This document shows, piece after piece, positions 39,527 through 48,018 of a DNA stretch of 64,000 nucleotides. Source of the stretch: Candidatus Pacearchaeota archaeon (GTDB taxonomy: Archaea; Nanobdellota; Nanobdellia; Pacearchaeales; GW2011-AR1). The stretch lies in NCBI GenBank assembly GCA_002688015.1, contig NZBT01000008.1, forward strand, positions 2,852-66,851. Reading direction: 5' to 3'. Each line of letters starts with the position of its first letter. Position 1 is the stretch's first letter. The notes beneath the pieces were generated by a model. That model did not search any database and had not been told where the DNA came from. It saw nothing but the letters and a program-made list of their open reading frames with translations. The position numbers and the translations under genes were made by a program.

Positions 39527-40222
39527 TTATTTCTTGATCTCTTTCTTTAATCTCAATGCCTCTTTCTTTTGTTTATCCAAATCTTTTATTTTTTGTTTAT
39601 TCAACTTTTTCTTCTTGTATTTAATCGCCTTATCTAGTTCAGAGATTTCAAACTTTTCCTGCTGTATGTTTTCAATCTTCTCTTTTTTCTTAATCTTTTC
39701 AGAATACTCAAACATCTTTCTAATAGGCCATTTAATCAAGTTAAACACAATTAACAATCCTAGAAGTATCAACAACAAAGATAAAAACAAAGTCCAGCTA
39801 TTTTCTAAACCTGTATGCACATATAAGATAACAATAAATGCTATAGTATTCGTCGTTAAGGGGGAACTTATAATTCTACTCAATCTCTCTGGGAAAAAGT
39901 GCCCAAAATTAAGCTTTACAATCAAAGTTCCAAAAATAAGAAGTAATAAAACTGCAAGAGTTTTCCAACCGTACTCTAAATAATTCCCTAATCCAAGTAT
40001 ATCTAATTCATAAATAGCTCTAAACAAAGCCATAGAAACAAAAATTAAAATCAATGAATTAGCAAAATAATCGTTCCATCCCGGCCTTTCATCTTTATAT
40101 CTCTGAAAGTATATAACCATCAATAAAGTTGTAATAGCAAGAGGAAGAACAACCCAGAGAATTTCAGGCTTCCCTGTTGTTTTCAACAATTCCCAAACCG
40201 TATTTATTAAATTAGAATTCAT
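39527..40222 (-). CDS. Membrane protein with Lys-rich coiled-coil C-terminus
   Basis: 231 aa; 4-5 TM helices followed by KKEKIENIQQEKFEISELDKAIKYKKKKLNKQKIKDLDKQKKEALRLKKEIKK; start overlaps upstream micro-ORF stop (ATGA). Confidence 0.5.
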   Translation of the reverse strand: MNSNLINTVWELLKTTGKPEILWVVLPLAITTLLMVIYFQRYKDERPGWNDYFANSLILIFVSMALFRAIYELDILGLGNYLEYGWKTLAVLLLLIFGTLIVKLNFGHFFPERLSRIISSPLTTNTIAFIVILYVHTGLENSWTLFLSLLLILLGLLIVFNLIKWPIRKMFEYSEKIKKKEKIENIQQEKFEISELDKAIKYKKKKLNKQKIKDLDKQKKEALRLKKEIKK

Positions 40223-40329
40223 CTTACACCTTTAACTGTATTTTTTTCAGACTTTTTAAATTCTTTCCCAGCCAATTTCTTTTCTAATCTCGCCTCTAAA
40301 ACAGGAAGCTCTTGTTTTATTTTATTCAT
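40219..40329 (-). CDS. Micro-ORF (36 aa), translationally coupled between RHH gene and membrane protein gene
   Basis: MNKIKQELPVLEARLEKKLAGKEFKKSEKNTVKGVR; ATGA overlaps at both ends; below ORF-track size cutoff, read manually. Confidence 0.25.
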   Translation of the reverse strand: MNKIKQELPVLEARLEKKLAGKEFKKSEKNTVKGVR

Positions 40330-40484
40330 TTCTTTCCTCCTTTCTTAACCTTCTTTAACTCAGAATCCATAAACAATTCAATCTGTTTTCCTATTTGCAA
40401 TCCATTTTCCTCACAGAATTTTTTATAATTATCTTTAACCTCTCTATCCACAGAAAGCGTTAGCTTATCATTTCCTTTTTTCAT
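40326..40484 (-). CDS. Small ribbon-helix-helix (CopG/Arc-like) DNA-binding protein, 52 aa
   Basis: MKKGNDKLTLSVDREVKDNYKKFCEENGLQIGKQIELFMDSELKKVKKGGKK: beta-strand (KLTLSVD) + two helices pattern; read manually from sequence. Confidence 0.4.
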   Translation of the reverse strand: MKKGNDKLTLSVDREVKDNYKKFCEENGLQIGKQIELFMDSELKKVKKGGKK

Positions 40485-40497
40485 AGTCTTTCTTCCA

Positions 40498-40545
40498 TCA
40501 TACGTATTTTAACGTATTTTAATGTACATGTACGTATATAAAGGT
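40498..40545. promoter_or_regulatory. Palindrome/direct-repeat cluster, candidate operator of the RHH cassette
   Basis: cATACGTATtttaACGTATtttaatGTACATGTACgtatata: perfect palindromes ATACGTAT and GTACATGTAC plus direct repeat ACGTATTTTA x2, 14-60 nt upstream of the RHH start. Confidence 0.3.
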
Positions 40546-40585
40546 TACTAAAAAGCCTTAAAACTTCTTTTCCCCTTCACAAATC

Positions 40586-41644
40586 ATGAAAAAGTGGTTG
40601 AAATTAGTCCTATTCCTCTATCTATTCATATTCTCTATAGAATTAATAAAAAAATCCTTAATATTCTTGGAGCCTCAAATAGGTTCTTTTTTAACAAATA
40701 ATCTCTCCCCAATCAAAGCAATAGCCGCAGGATGGTTCACAACTTCAATTGTTCAATCTTCAGGAGCTGTTAGCACTCTTGCCTCAGCTCTTGCAGGACA
40801 AGGCTTCTTGACATTAGAGACTGCCATATATGTCTTAATTGGAGCAAGCTTAGGAACAACAATTACCGCCCTAATAATCTCATTTCTGACAACTACTGAA
40901 AGCAAGACAGATTATCGTCATGGATTTGAAATAGCTCTTGTATATTCTATTTATTCAGCCTTATTGGTCATAATCGTATTAGTTCTAGAGGGGTTCTTTA
41001 AACTATTCTCAAAATCTTCTCTCTTTCTAGCAACAGCAATTTCTCCCAAACTCTCAGTCTTAGGAGTCCCAGATATTATAGGCACAATTACAAGCCCAAT
41101 AATAAGTATATTAAAGAAATCCATACCGGACTTCACATTATTAGTCCTAGGATTTGTAATTTTAATTTTTGCACTAAAATACATAGGAAAATCAGTAATC
41201 GCAGTCCTTGGCGGAGAATTTAAAGCAAAGAAGTTCATAAAAAGACATTTCAACTCCCCAATAAAAATTTACGTAATAGGAGCAATACTTACAGCAATTG
41301 TTTTTTCATCAAGCATAACAATTAGTTTACTTGTCCCTCTCGCAGTTGCACGTCTCATCAATCTAAGAAAAGCAATTCCCTTTATTCTTGGAGCTGATTT
41401 AGGAACATTCACAGATACATTCCTAGCAGCAATTATAATCGGGAAACCATTAGCATTAGCAACAGCAATCGCCTACGCCTTATTCGCTGTTGTAGGAGCT
41501 ATAATCTTCTTACCTAATATAACTCTTCTAAGAAAAATGACAAAATTCGCATCCAAGAGACTAATAAAAATATCAAGAAGAAAAGCCCTCTACATTTTAG
41601 CAGCGTTTATAGCAATTCCGCTATTGATTATTCTGCTTCTATAA
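40586..41644 (+). CDS. Na+/phosphate cotransporter family (NptA-like) membrane protein
   Basis: 352 aa; repeated ...G.F.TSIVQSSGAVSTL... / ...SSSITISLLVP... motifs typical of Na/Pi-cotransporter II-related proteins. Confidence 0.6.
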   Translation: MKKWLKLVLFLYLFIFSIELIKKSLIFLEPQIGSFLTNNLSPIKAIAAGWFTTSIVQSSGAVSTLASALAGQGFLTLETAIYVLIGASLGTTITALIISFLTTTESKTDYRHGFEIALVYSIYSALLVIIVLVLEGFFKLFSKSSLFLATAISPKLSVLGVPDIIGTITSPIISILKKSIPDFTLLVLGFVILIFALKYIGKSVIAVLGGEFKAKKFIKRHFNSPIKIYVIGAILTAIVFSSSITISLLVPLAVARLINLRKAIPFILGADLGTFTDTFLAAIIIGKPLALATAIAYALFAVVGAIIFLPNITLLRKMTKFASKRLIKISRRKALYILAAFIAIPLLIILLL

Positions 41645-42070
41645 TTACTTTATCTCTGAGAAAACTTCTTGATCAGGATAAACAGTAATTCCTTTTCCTG
41701 TAATTTGATAAGATACAATCTTCTTCTGATGGCTTGCCCCCCTCAATTTCAATATCTCAAGAGCATTCTCTCTAACATTTCCATGTTTCAAATTATACAA
41801 AACAACAACACCTCCAGCTAAAAACTCTTCAACACCAGTAGTTGAAAATATTTTTGGAACTTGCTCTGTTTCTGTAATCAAAAGACTTGTAGCACCGATT
41901 TTCTCAAGAAGAACCTTCATAGTACCCATATCTTCCTGATCATCATCAACAACAAGTATTTTCTTCCCCATTTTTATATTCTCTTTTACATATCCCCTGA
42001 GGAAATACAATGTATAAAGATTTCCATCCTTCCATTTAACGCAAGCTTTAAAACCTAAAATTATCTTCAA
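41645..42070 (-). CDS. Short ORF: CheY-receiver-like N-terminal segment fused to KaiC/RecA-superfamily C-terminal fragment; likely gene remnant
   Basis: KILVVDDDQED... then ...ALEILKLRGASHQKKIVSYQITGKGITVYP resembling C-terminal end of KaiC-like ATPases; Walker motifs absent. Confidence 0.35.
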   Translation of the reverse strand: MKIILGFKACVKWKDGNLYTLYFLRGYVKENIKMGKKILVVDDDQEDMGTMKVLLEKIGATSLLITETEQVPKIFSTTGVEEFLAGGVVVLYNLKHGNVRENALEILKLRGASHQKKIVSYQITGKGITVYPDQEVFSEIK

Positions 42071-42208
42071 TAATCAAGCGGGAGTTCCAGAGTGGTCAAA
42101 TGGGCAAGACTTAAGACGTCGATCTTTCACAAGAAAGATTAGAGTTAAGATTTCGTTAGAAATCTTGTGTGCTTAGTGCCTTCGTAGGTTCGAATCCTAT
42201 CTCCCGCA
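42068..42208 (+). tRNA. tRNA-Leu (anticodon UAA) with about 46-nt intron at canonical 37/38 position
   Basis: Exon 1 ends ...CAAGA CTTAAG; exon 2 resumes ATCTTG...; intron 42107-42151 approx; acceptor GCGGGAG/CTCCCGC, long variable arm. Confidence 0.85.
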
Positions 42209-42215
42209 TTTTCTT

Positions 42216-44834
42216 TCAGAGTTTCTGCACTTCATCAGAATTAATCTTAGCTTTCCTTTTCTTCCAGAACAAATAACTAACATAACCAACAACAACTAAA
42301 GCGATTATTATCATGGCAGGAAAAGCATAATCTCCAGCTAATTCAGCGACAACAGCCCCGGTAATCCCAAATCCTTTTCTCTCACTTTCTTCAGAACTAA
42401 CAACATTCCCAGTAATTCCTGTCCCTGCTCCTGAAATTTCATCTTCTCTTTCTGCTTCTTCAGTTTCTGTTCCATTCTCTTCAGAATTAACTGTGTTTCC
42501 TGTTACAACACTTCCACTACTTGACCCTCCGCCGCCACCCCCTCCAGATGATCCTCCTGAACTTCCTCCTCCAGCATCTCTATCTTCATCTCCTCCAAGG
42601 CTCGTATCTTCTCCTGAATCACTTGAATCCTCTGTAACAATCTCAGTAACATTCAGGAATCTTGAGGTTGAATTCCCAACATTTCCAGAAAGGTCTGTAC
42701 AATTCACACTCCATTCATGTATTCCTACAGAAACAGAATAATCAACCTTATTACTATCATTAGTTAAAACAGAACTTGCATTGCCCTCAACAGAATCGTT
42801 GTTCAAAATCAAATTACATCCAACTAAATCAAAATTATCAGTAACATTAAATTCAAAACTTATTACTTGTTCTCCAGTATAATTACTCCAATCAGAAGGA
42901 GAATTCAATTTTATGCTAGGAACTACAAAATCAGAAATCAAAGAATAATTTGACTGCTCCCTTCTTATATCACTATTATTGTTTTCTGCTAAACAATTCC
43001 ATTCATGCTCTCCTTCTCCCGTCAAAGTGTAATTAAACTCTGTCGAATTCTGTTTCCCACTAACATTTTTAGTCTTCTCATAAATCAAAGTATTATTGTC
43101 ATTCCAGATATACAATGTTGAATTAACCAAAGCGTATTTTTCCTCAGATTCAAAATCACAAGTAAAATTAACTTCATCATCTTTTACATGAGCTCCATTT
43201 ACCGGAGAAAGTAAATTAATCAAAATACTTTCAATAGTAATGCTAAAGTTATTTTCCCCCAAACCTTTGTTCCCATTTTCATCAGTATAGAGACAATTCC
43301 ATTCATACCTTTCTCCAAGAGTTAAATCAGAAATATTAATTTCAAAACTGTCTTCTGTCCCCACAGTATTCTCATAAGTTTCATTAACAATTGTCTCATT
43401 CTCACCCCATAAATAGAACGTCCTGCTTTTCAAACTCAAATCATCAGTCGCATTACATCTAAAACTCTGTCCTAACTCCGACGATAAAGTGTCATTTTCA
43501 GGACTTTGTAAACTCACAACCGGATTTGTGTTGTCCAAAGAAATAACAGCATCATAGATATTTATTCTAGAATAATTAGCAACAGAGTCTAAGATAACAA
43601 ATCCTGTACTATCCAAAGTATCTTCCAACTCTCCCGGTGTCTTGCTTATTTGTCCAGACAGAGATAAAAATTGATTCAAAATCACAATAGCTCCAGCAAC
43701 ATGCGGAGCACTCATACTAGTCCCAGAAGCAGTCGCATGTCCTGCTGAATTCAAATAAGTAGAATCTATCTGTGTTCCCGGAGCCATCAATTTTACTAAA
43801 GAATTTCTATCTGCATAACTAGCAATATTATCGTTTTTATCTGTCGCAGATACAGCTATAGCATTAGTAACACAAGCAGGAGCAGCAATCTCTCCTGTTC
43901 TACCAGGCCCAACATTATTCAAACCATTTCCAGAACTTATCACAACAGAAATATTATTCCTTACAGCTTCATCAATCTCATCAGCTAAAGGATCGGAATC
44001 ACAAGATTCTTCAAACAATCCGGAGCCTAGACTCATACTTATAACCGAAATATTATATTTTGATCTATTCTCTATACAGAAATTAATTGCGGAACTTATT
44101 GCAGAATCAGAACAGCTTCCAAAAGAACTACAAACTTTTAACGAAATTATCTTTGCTCCTGGAGCAATACCTATTATGTCCCCATTAGCTGCAGCAATTC
44201 CAGAAACATGAGTCCCATGACCTTTATCATCCATTGGATTACTATCTCCATTTACGAAATCATACCCTGCAGGAACTTTCGAACAATTTCCGGCTAGGAA
44301 TGTTTCTTCGCTACATCCTCCCAAATCAGGATGAGTATAATTAACTCCAGAATCTATTATACACACGCTCTGTCCCAAACCAGTTATGTTTGTCCCCAAA
44401 ACTTGCAAACTCCAGGTTTTCGAAGCATTTGTCAGTTTTACTGTATCTTTCAAAAACAATTCTCTAACACCTTCAAGCTCAACTTTCTCAACATTCTCCT
44501 TCCTTTCTAAAATCTCCAATTCATCTAAGGAAATATTAATATAAAGTTCATTCTCAGACTCATAAATAACATCTTCTTCTCCAATTTGTGAAATTAAAGA
44601 TTCTTTGGTTTCTTCAACATCTTCAGAAAAAATTGAACTTATTCCAAATCCTTTTCTCAAATCATTAGATTCATCAAATTCTATACGAACTGTAATCTCT
44701 TCCTCATCAGCCAAATCCTCATAAACTTCTAAGTCGACTTTTCCTTCTTCTCCAGATCCATAAACTCCAATTACAAATAAGCTCAACACTAAAAGTACTA
44801 CTGTAATTCCCAAATAAAATCTACTTTTCCCCAT
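42216..44834 (-). CDS. Cell-surface subtilisin-like serine protease (S8) with C-terminal repeats, Gly/Ser linker and TM anchor
   Basis: Catalytic triad motifs DSGVNYTHPDL, HGTHVSGIAA, GTSMSAPHVAG; signal peptide; many N-x-S/T sequons; C-terminal GGGSSGG... linker and hydrophobic anchor. Confidence 0.9.
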   Translation of the reverse strand: MGKSRFYLGITVVLLVLSLFVIGVYGSGEEGKVDLEVYEDLADEEEITVRIEFDESNDLRKGFGISSIFSEDVEETKESLISQIGEEDVIYESENELYINISLDELEILERKENVEKVELEGVRELFLKDTVKLTNASKTWSLQVLGTNITGLGQSVCIIDSGVNYTHPDLGGCSEETFLAGNCSKVPAGYDFVNGDSNPMDDKGHGTHVSGIAAANGDIIGIAPGAKIISLKVCSSFGSCSDSAISSAINFCIENRSKYNISVISMSLGSGLFEESCDSDPLADEIDEAVRNNISVVISSGNGLNNVGPGRTGEIAAPACVTNAIAVSATDKNDNIASYADRNSLVKLMAPGTQIDSTYLNSAGHATASGTSMSAPHVAGAIVILNQFLSLSGQISKTPGELEDTLDSTGFVILDSVANYSRINIYDAVISLDNTNPVVSLQSPENDTLSSELGQSFRCNATDDLSLKSRTFYLWGENETIVNETYENTVGTEDSFEINISDLTLGERYEWNCLYTDENGNKGLGENNFSITIESILINLLSPVNGAHVKDDEVNFTCDFESEEKYALVNSTLYIWNDNNTLIYEKTKNVSGKQNSTEFNYTLTGEGEHEWNCLAENNNSDIRREQSNYSLISDFVVPSIKLNSPSDWSNYTGEQVISFEFNVTDNFDLVGCNLILNNDSVEGNASSVLTNDSNKVDYSVSVGIHEWSVNCTDLSGNVGNSTSRFLNVTEIVTEDSSDSGEDTSLGGDEDRDAGGGSSGGSSGGGGGGGSSSGSVVTGNTVNSEENGTETEEAEREDEISGAGTGITGNVVSSEESERKGFGITGAVVAELAGDYAFPAMIIIALVVVGYVSYLFWKKRKAKINSDEVQKL

Positions 44835-45136
44835 TATTCTATAACTGCCTCACATATCCCTCTATTACAATCACAATATCCTTGTCCACAATCTAAGGTT
44901 CCAGGCACACAGTCCTGAGTACAAAATATCCCTTCCCTCTTATTTTCTTGCCCTTTCAAAACACAATCAGTTGGATGACAAGCTTGCTTCGGTAGGCAAT
45001 CCCTGTCTTCCTCACAAAAACTGTCTTTTCCCGATTTATCTTCAGAGCCTTCTTCATCTCCAAAAAGAGAAAAACTAACCGCTAACATTAATAATAAAAA
45101 CACAACTAAAACAAAAATTCTATCCTTCTTTACCAT
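44834..45136 (-). CDS. Small secreted cysteine-rich protein co-transcribed upstream of subtilase
   Basis: 100 aa, signal anchor, 12 Cys in last 60 residues (CEEDRDCLPKQACHPTDCV...CTQDCVPGTLDCGQGYCDCNRGICE); 1-nt overlap with subtilase start. Confidence 0.55.
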   Translation of the reverse strand: MVKKDRIFVLVVFLLLMLAVSFSLFGDEEGSEDKSGKDSFCEEDRDCLPKQACHPTDCVLKGQENKREGIFCTQDCVPGTLDCGQGYCDCNRGICEAVIE

Positions 45137-45170
45137 ACTTTTCTTATCAATTATAGATATTTAACTCTTT

Positions 45171-46187
45171 TTAGTCTTCTTCAAGCATCCTATTATAAGT
45201 TCTTCCCATATGCCAATCAACAGCTTCTTCAACAGCACCTCTAAGAGAAGTAATTTGATATCCTAATTCCCTTTCAGCCTTGCCACTACTAAATGCAAAA
45301 TCACCTCTTACTAATTTAACTCCTTCTACTGAAGCCCTTGGCTTTTCACCTGTGAGATATGAAGACTTCTCAGAAAGATATGCGAAACATAATGCGACAC
45401 AATAAGGTACAGAAATTTTCGGCGGATTAACTCCAGCAATCTCAGCAACTTGTCTTACAAAGTCTCCTAAATTTATATTCTCTCCTCCTAAAATATATCT
45501 CTCTCCATGTGTTCCCTGTTCCATTGCCAAAACATGTCCTTCAGCACAATCTCTGACATTAGGGAAATTCATTGTTCTATTAATATATCCTCCGAGCCTT
45601 CCCTCAATAGTCTCTCTAATCATCTTTCCAGGTTCAGTTGGCATAATATCATTCTTTCCAATTGGACACGTTGGATGAACAATAACAAATTCAATTTCCT
45701 CCGGCTCAGTTCTAATTACTTCCTCAGCCATTAATTTTGAAATACCATAAGGTCCAATCTTTCTTGAATTCCCATTTGGAAAATCATTCTCTGTAAAAAC
45801 TTTTCCTCTTTGAGAACCATTACTAAAAGTCATAGCATCTCCAGTAGATGTATAAACAATTCTTCTCACATTATTTTTAACAGCACCTTCAACAACATTT
45901 CTAGTTCCGTTAACATTAACATCAAAATAACTCTTTGGATTTTTATCCCAAAGAAGGCACTTGCCTGCAAGATGATAAACATCAGAACATCCTTCAATAG
46001 ATTCAATAACTTTCTCCCTATCTCTAATGTCTCCTTCAACAATTTCAACATCTCTAGAAAAAGGCCTTAATATATCGATATCAGATTTCGGTTTAGCAAG
46101 GACTCTTACATTTTTCCCCTTCTTCAAAAGAACTTCTACCACATTAGATCCTATAAATCCATTACCTCCAGTTACCAAGGAAACCAT
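45171..46187 (-). CDS. NAD(P)-dependent epimerase/dehydratase (extended SDR)
   Basis: LVTGGNGFIGSNVV; 338 aa; YxxxK (YGISK). Confidence 0.8.
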   Translation of the reverse strand: MVSLVTGGNGFIGSNVVEVLLKKGKNVRVLAKPKSDIDILRPFSRDVEIVEGDIRDREKVIESIEGCSDVYHLAGKCLLWDKNPKSYFDVNVNGTRNVVEGAVKNNVRRIVYTSTGDAMTFSNGSQRGKVFTENDFPNGNSRKIGPYGISKLMAEEVIRTEPEEIEFVIVHPTCPIGKNDIMPTEPGKMIRETIEGRLGGYINRTMNFPNVRDCAEGHVLAMEQGTHGERYILGGENINLGDFVRQVAEIAGVNPPKISVPYCVALCFAYLSEKSSYLTGEKPRASVEGVKLVRGDFAFSSGKAERELGYQITSLRGAVEEAVDWHMGRTYNRMLEED

Positions 46188-46292
46188 ATAATTCCTTGAC
46201 CTATGACCTTCTTAAACAACCTTCTTCCCTAAACAGTATATTCTAAAATACTCTTTTTTAAAAACCTAATACAACAAGGAAAATAGATTAAG

Positions 46293-46661
46293 ATGGAATC
46301 AATCTCAAGACATCCGTTAATACTAGGAACAGTTGGAAGAAAAACTTATGGTTTTTTTAGAAAACAAGTTGAAATAGAAAAGATTGCTAGAACAATAAAT
46401 AAAAATTCAACAAGATATAATAATTTTAACAATAGAATCAACAAATATAAACTAGTTACAGTAGGAATTTTTGCGGGAATCTGTACAGAGGCAATCTCTC
46501 TAGCGCCTCTATTAACCTCATTTAATTATACAGAAAACAATCAAACTTACGCAGCTTTAGCAACAACAACATGGTCTGTTTTACTAAGATATGGAATTCA
46601 TAGCCTTTTCAATAAAATGGGCAAAAACTTAGAAACAGTTATAGAAAATCATAAAAACTAA
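46293..46661 (+). CDS. Hypothetical protein (weak)
   Basis: 122 aa ORF in gap between genes; no motif; could be non-coding. Confidence 0.2.
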   Translation: MESISRHPLILGTVGRKTYGFFRKQVEIEKIARTINKNSTRYNNFNNRINKYKLVTVGIFAGICTEAISLAPLLTSFNYTENNQTYAALATTTWSVLLRYGIHSLFNKMGKNLETVIENHKN

Positions 46662-47380
46662 TTTTTCCCTTCTTCAAGCATTCTATCATATGTTCTTCTA
46701 ACAACCTTTCTTGAAGCATTCATTTTCTTGTCAGCTATAAATAAGAGAAGGGCCTCCCCAACAAAAGGAATAAACTTAGTATATTTTTTATTATTTGCAG
46801 CAACTTCATTCTTTATTCCATCCAAAACATTTTCTGAATGTTCTAAAAGTTCAGAAACATCTTCTTTGTTTAGCTCATAATCTTCATGTTCAATCTTTCC
46901 TCTATAAAATCCAACTTTATACTCTATCTCTCCCTTAAATTTTTTAATTATATATCTGCTTCTCCAATTCATCCTATCATCTATCTCATCATACAATTTA
47001 ACCATGTCAGAAACACCTTCTTTAATATCAATTTCTTCATTAAGAACTCTAAAAGGAATCTTTTCTATATCATAGAATACTTTCTTCGCTTTTTCAAGTC
47101 CTTTTTTCTTTACAAGATCATCAACACTATCAATCTTACCTTTCCCTTCTTCAAAATAAATATCAATATATCTTATTGCTATCCTCTCTTCAACTCTAGA
47201 AACTCTCTCCTCTAAATCATCTCCCTGCTCCACACTTTCCCTATCCTGATGTGAGGAGGGCCAAACTTCTCCCCGCTCCCCAGAATTAAACGGACTCAAA
47301 ACCAAAACTCCCGCTAAAAACGCTAAAGGCGCAACACTCTTTAATCTTTTCATTTTCATTAAACAAAGTCCCTCAACCAA
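46658..47380 (-). CDS. Secreted hypothetical protein
   Basis: 240 aa; signal peptide MKMKRLKSVAPLAFLAGVLVLSPF; charged body; 5' portion lies in GC-elevated DNA. Confidence 0.45.
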   Translation of the reverse strand: MVEGLCLMKMKRLKSVAPLAFLAGVLVLSPFNSGERGEVWPSSHQDRESVEQGDDLEERVSRVEERIAIRYIDIYFEEGKGKIDSVDDLVKKKGLEKAKKVFYDIEKIPFRVLNEEIDIKEGVSDMVKLYDEIDDRMNWRSRYIIKKFKGEIEYKVGFYRGKIEHEDYELNKEDVSELLEHSENVLDGIKNEVAANNKKYTKFIPFVGEALLLFIADKKMNASRKVVRRTYDRMLEEGKN

Positions 47381-47541
47381 TTTTAAATATTTAACTTTTA
47401 TAAATTAACTACTAAAAATTAATGAATTCCTTACAAAAAGTTTAATAACTCATTTAATACTATAATTGAAAGTGGTGAGATTTTAACAAAGAATTTCATG
47501 TTAAAATTACTTTTATGAAATGAAAGGAGGTATATGCAATA

Positions 47542-47988
47542 ATGAATTTTAGAAATTATGTAATAGTCGTGGGTGCCGTTGCTTTAGCCTATGCATCTCC
47601 AGTTAGAGCAGACGACGCAGACCTAGGAACAATAGCAAACAGGGCAGGACAAGCCGCAGAAAGCCTTATTATGGCAGTTCCAAGAGGAGTAGAAACGGTA
47701 CTAAACCAATACAAGGATGGCAATCTGGCTGAAAAAGTCGTTCTATCTCACACAGATGGATCTGGAGTAATTGCTGCAAACGGATCTCAAGTTGTAAGGC
47801 ATTCTTCAGCAGGCCTAGCTGACATCCCAGGAGCAACAATTAACACAATAAGTAATGCTGTTAATGTCAGAAGTCTTATTCCATCTCTATCTCCTGTTAT
47901 TGACGGAGCCGCAGACGCAGTACAAAATGTCTCCAAAGGCGCTTACGATCTTCTAACTGGTTGGGCGAGAAGTCCAACATCTGAATAA
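47542..47988 (+). CDS. Secreted Ala/Gly-rich protein of atypical composition (candidate horizontally acquired)
   Basis: Signal peptide VGAVALAYASPVRA; Lys-poor; preceded by strong AGGAGGT Shine-Dalgarno 9 nt upstream of ATG. Confidence 0.5.
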   Translation: MNFRNYVIVVGAVALAYASPVRADDADLGTIANRAGQAAESLIMAVPRGVETVLNQYKDGNLAEKVVLSHTDGSGVIAANGSQVVRHSSAGLADIPGATINTISNAVNVRSLIPSLSPVIDGAADAVQNVSKGAYDLLTGWARSPTSE

Positions 47989-48018
47989 TAAAATAGTATT
48001 TTTTTTATTTTTCTCTCT

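Noticed and set aside
39441-39983. 180-aa plus-strand ORF, Phe/Ser/Asn-rich
   Set aside because: It is antisense to the more plausible membrane plus coiled-coil ORF on the minus strand. Its low-complexity composition is typical of spurious ORFs in AT-rich DNA.
38226-42210. Calling the whole xerA-to-tRNA-Leu interval a defined integrated mobile element
   Set aside because: No convincing direct repeat of the tRNA 3' end (att site) was found by eye at the opposite boundary, and the cargo is tiny. It is reported as a rearrangement or remnant hypothesis rather than annotated as a mobile_element feature.
46886-47215. 109-aa plus-strand ORF inside the 46658-47380 gene
   Set aside because: It is antisense to a signal-peptide-bearing protein ORF and is low-complexity (Phe/Asn/Ile-rich). 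Likely spurious.
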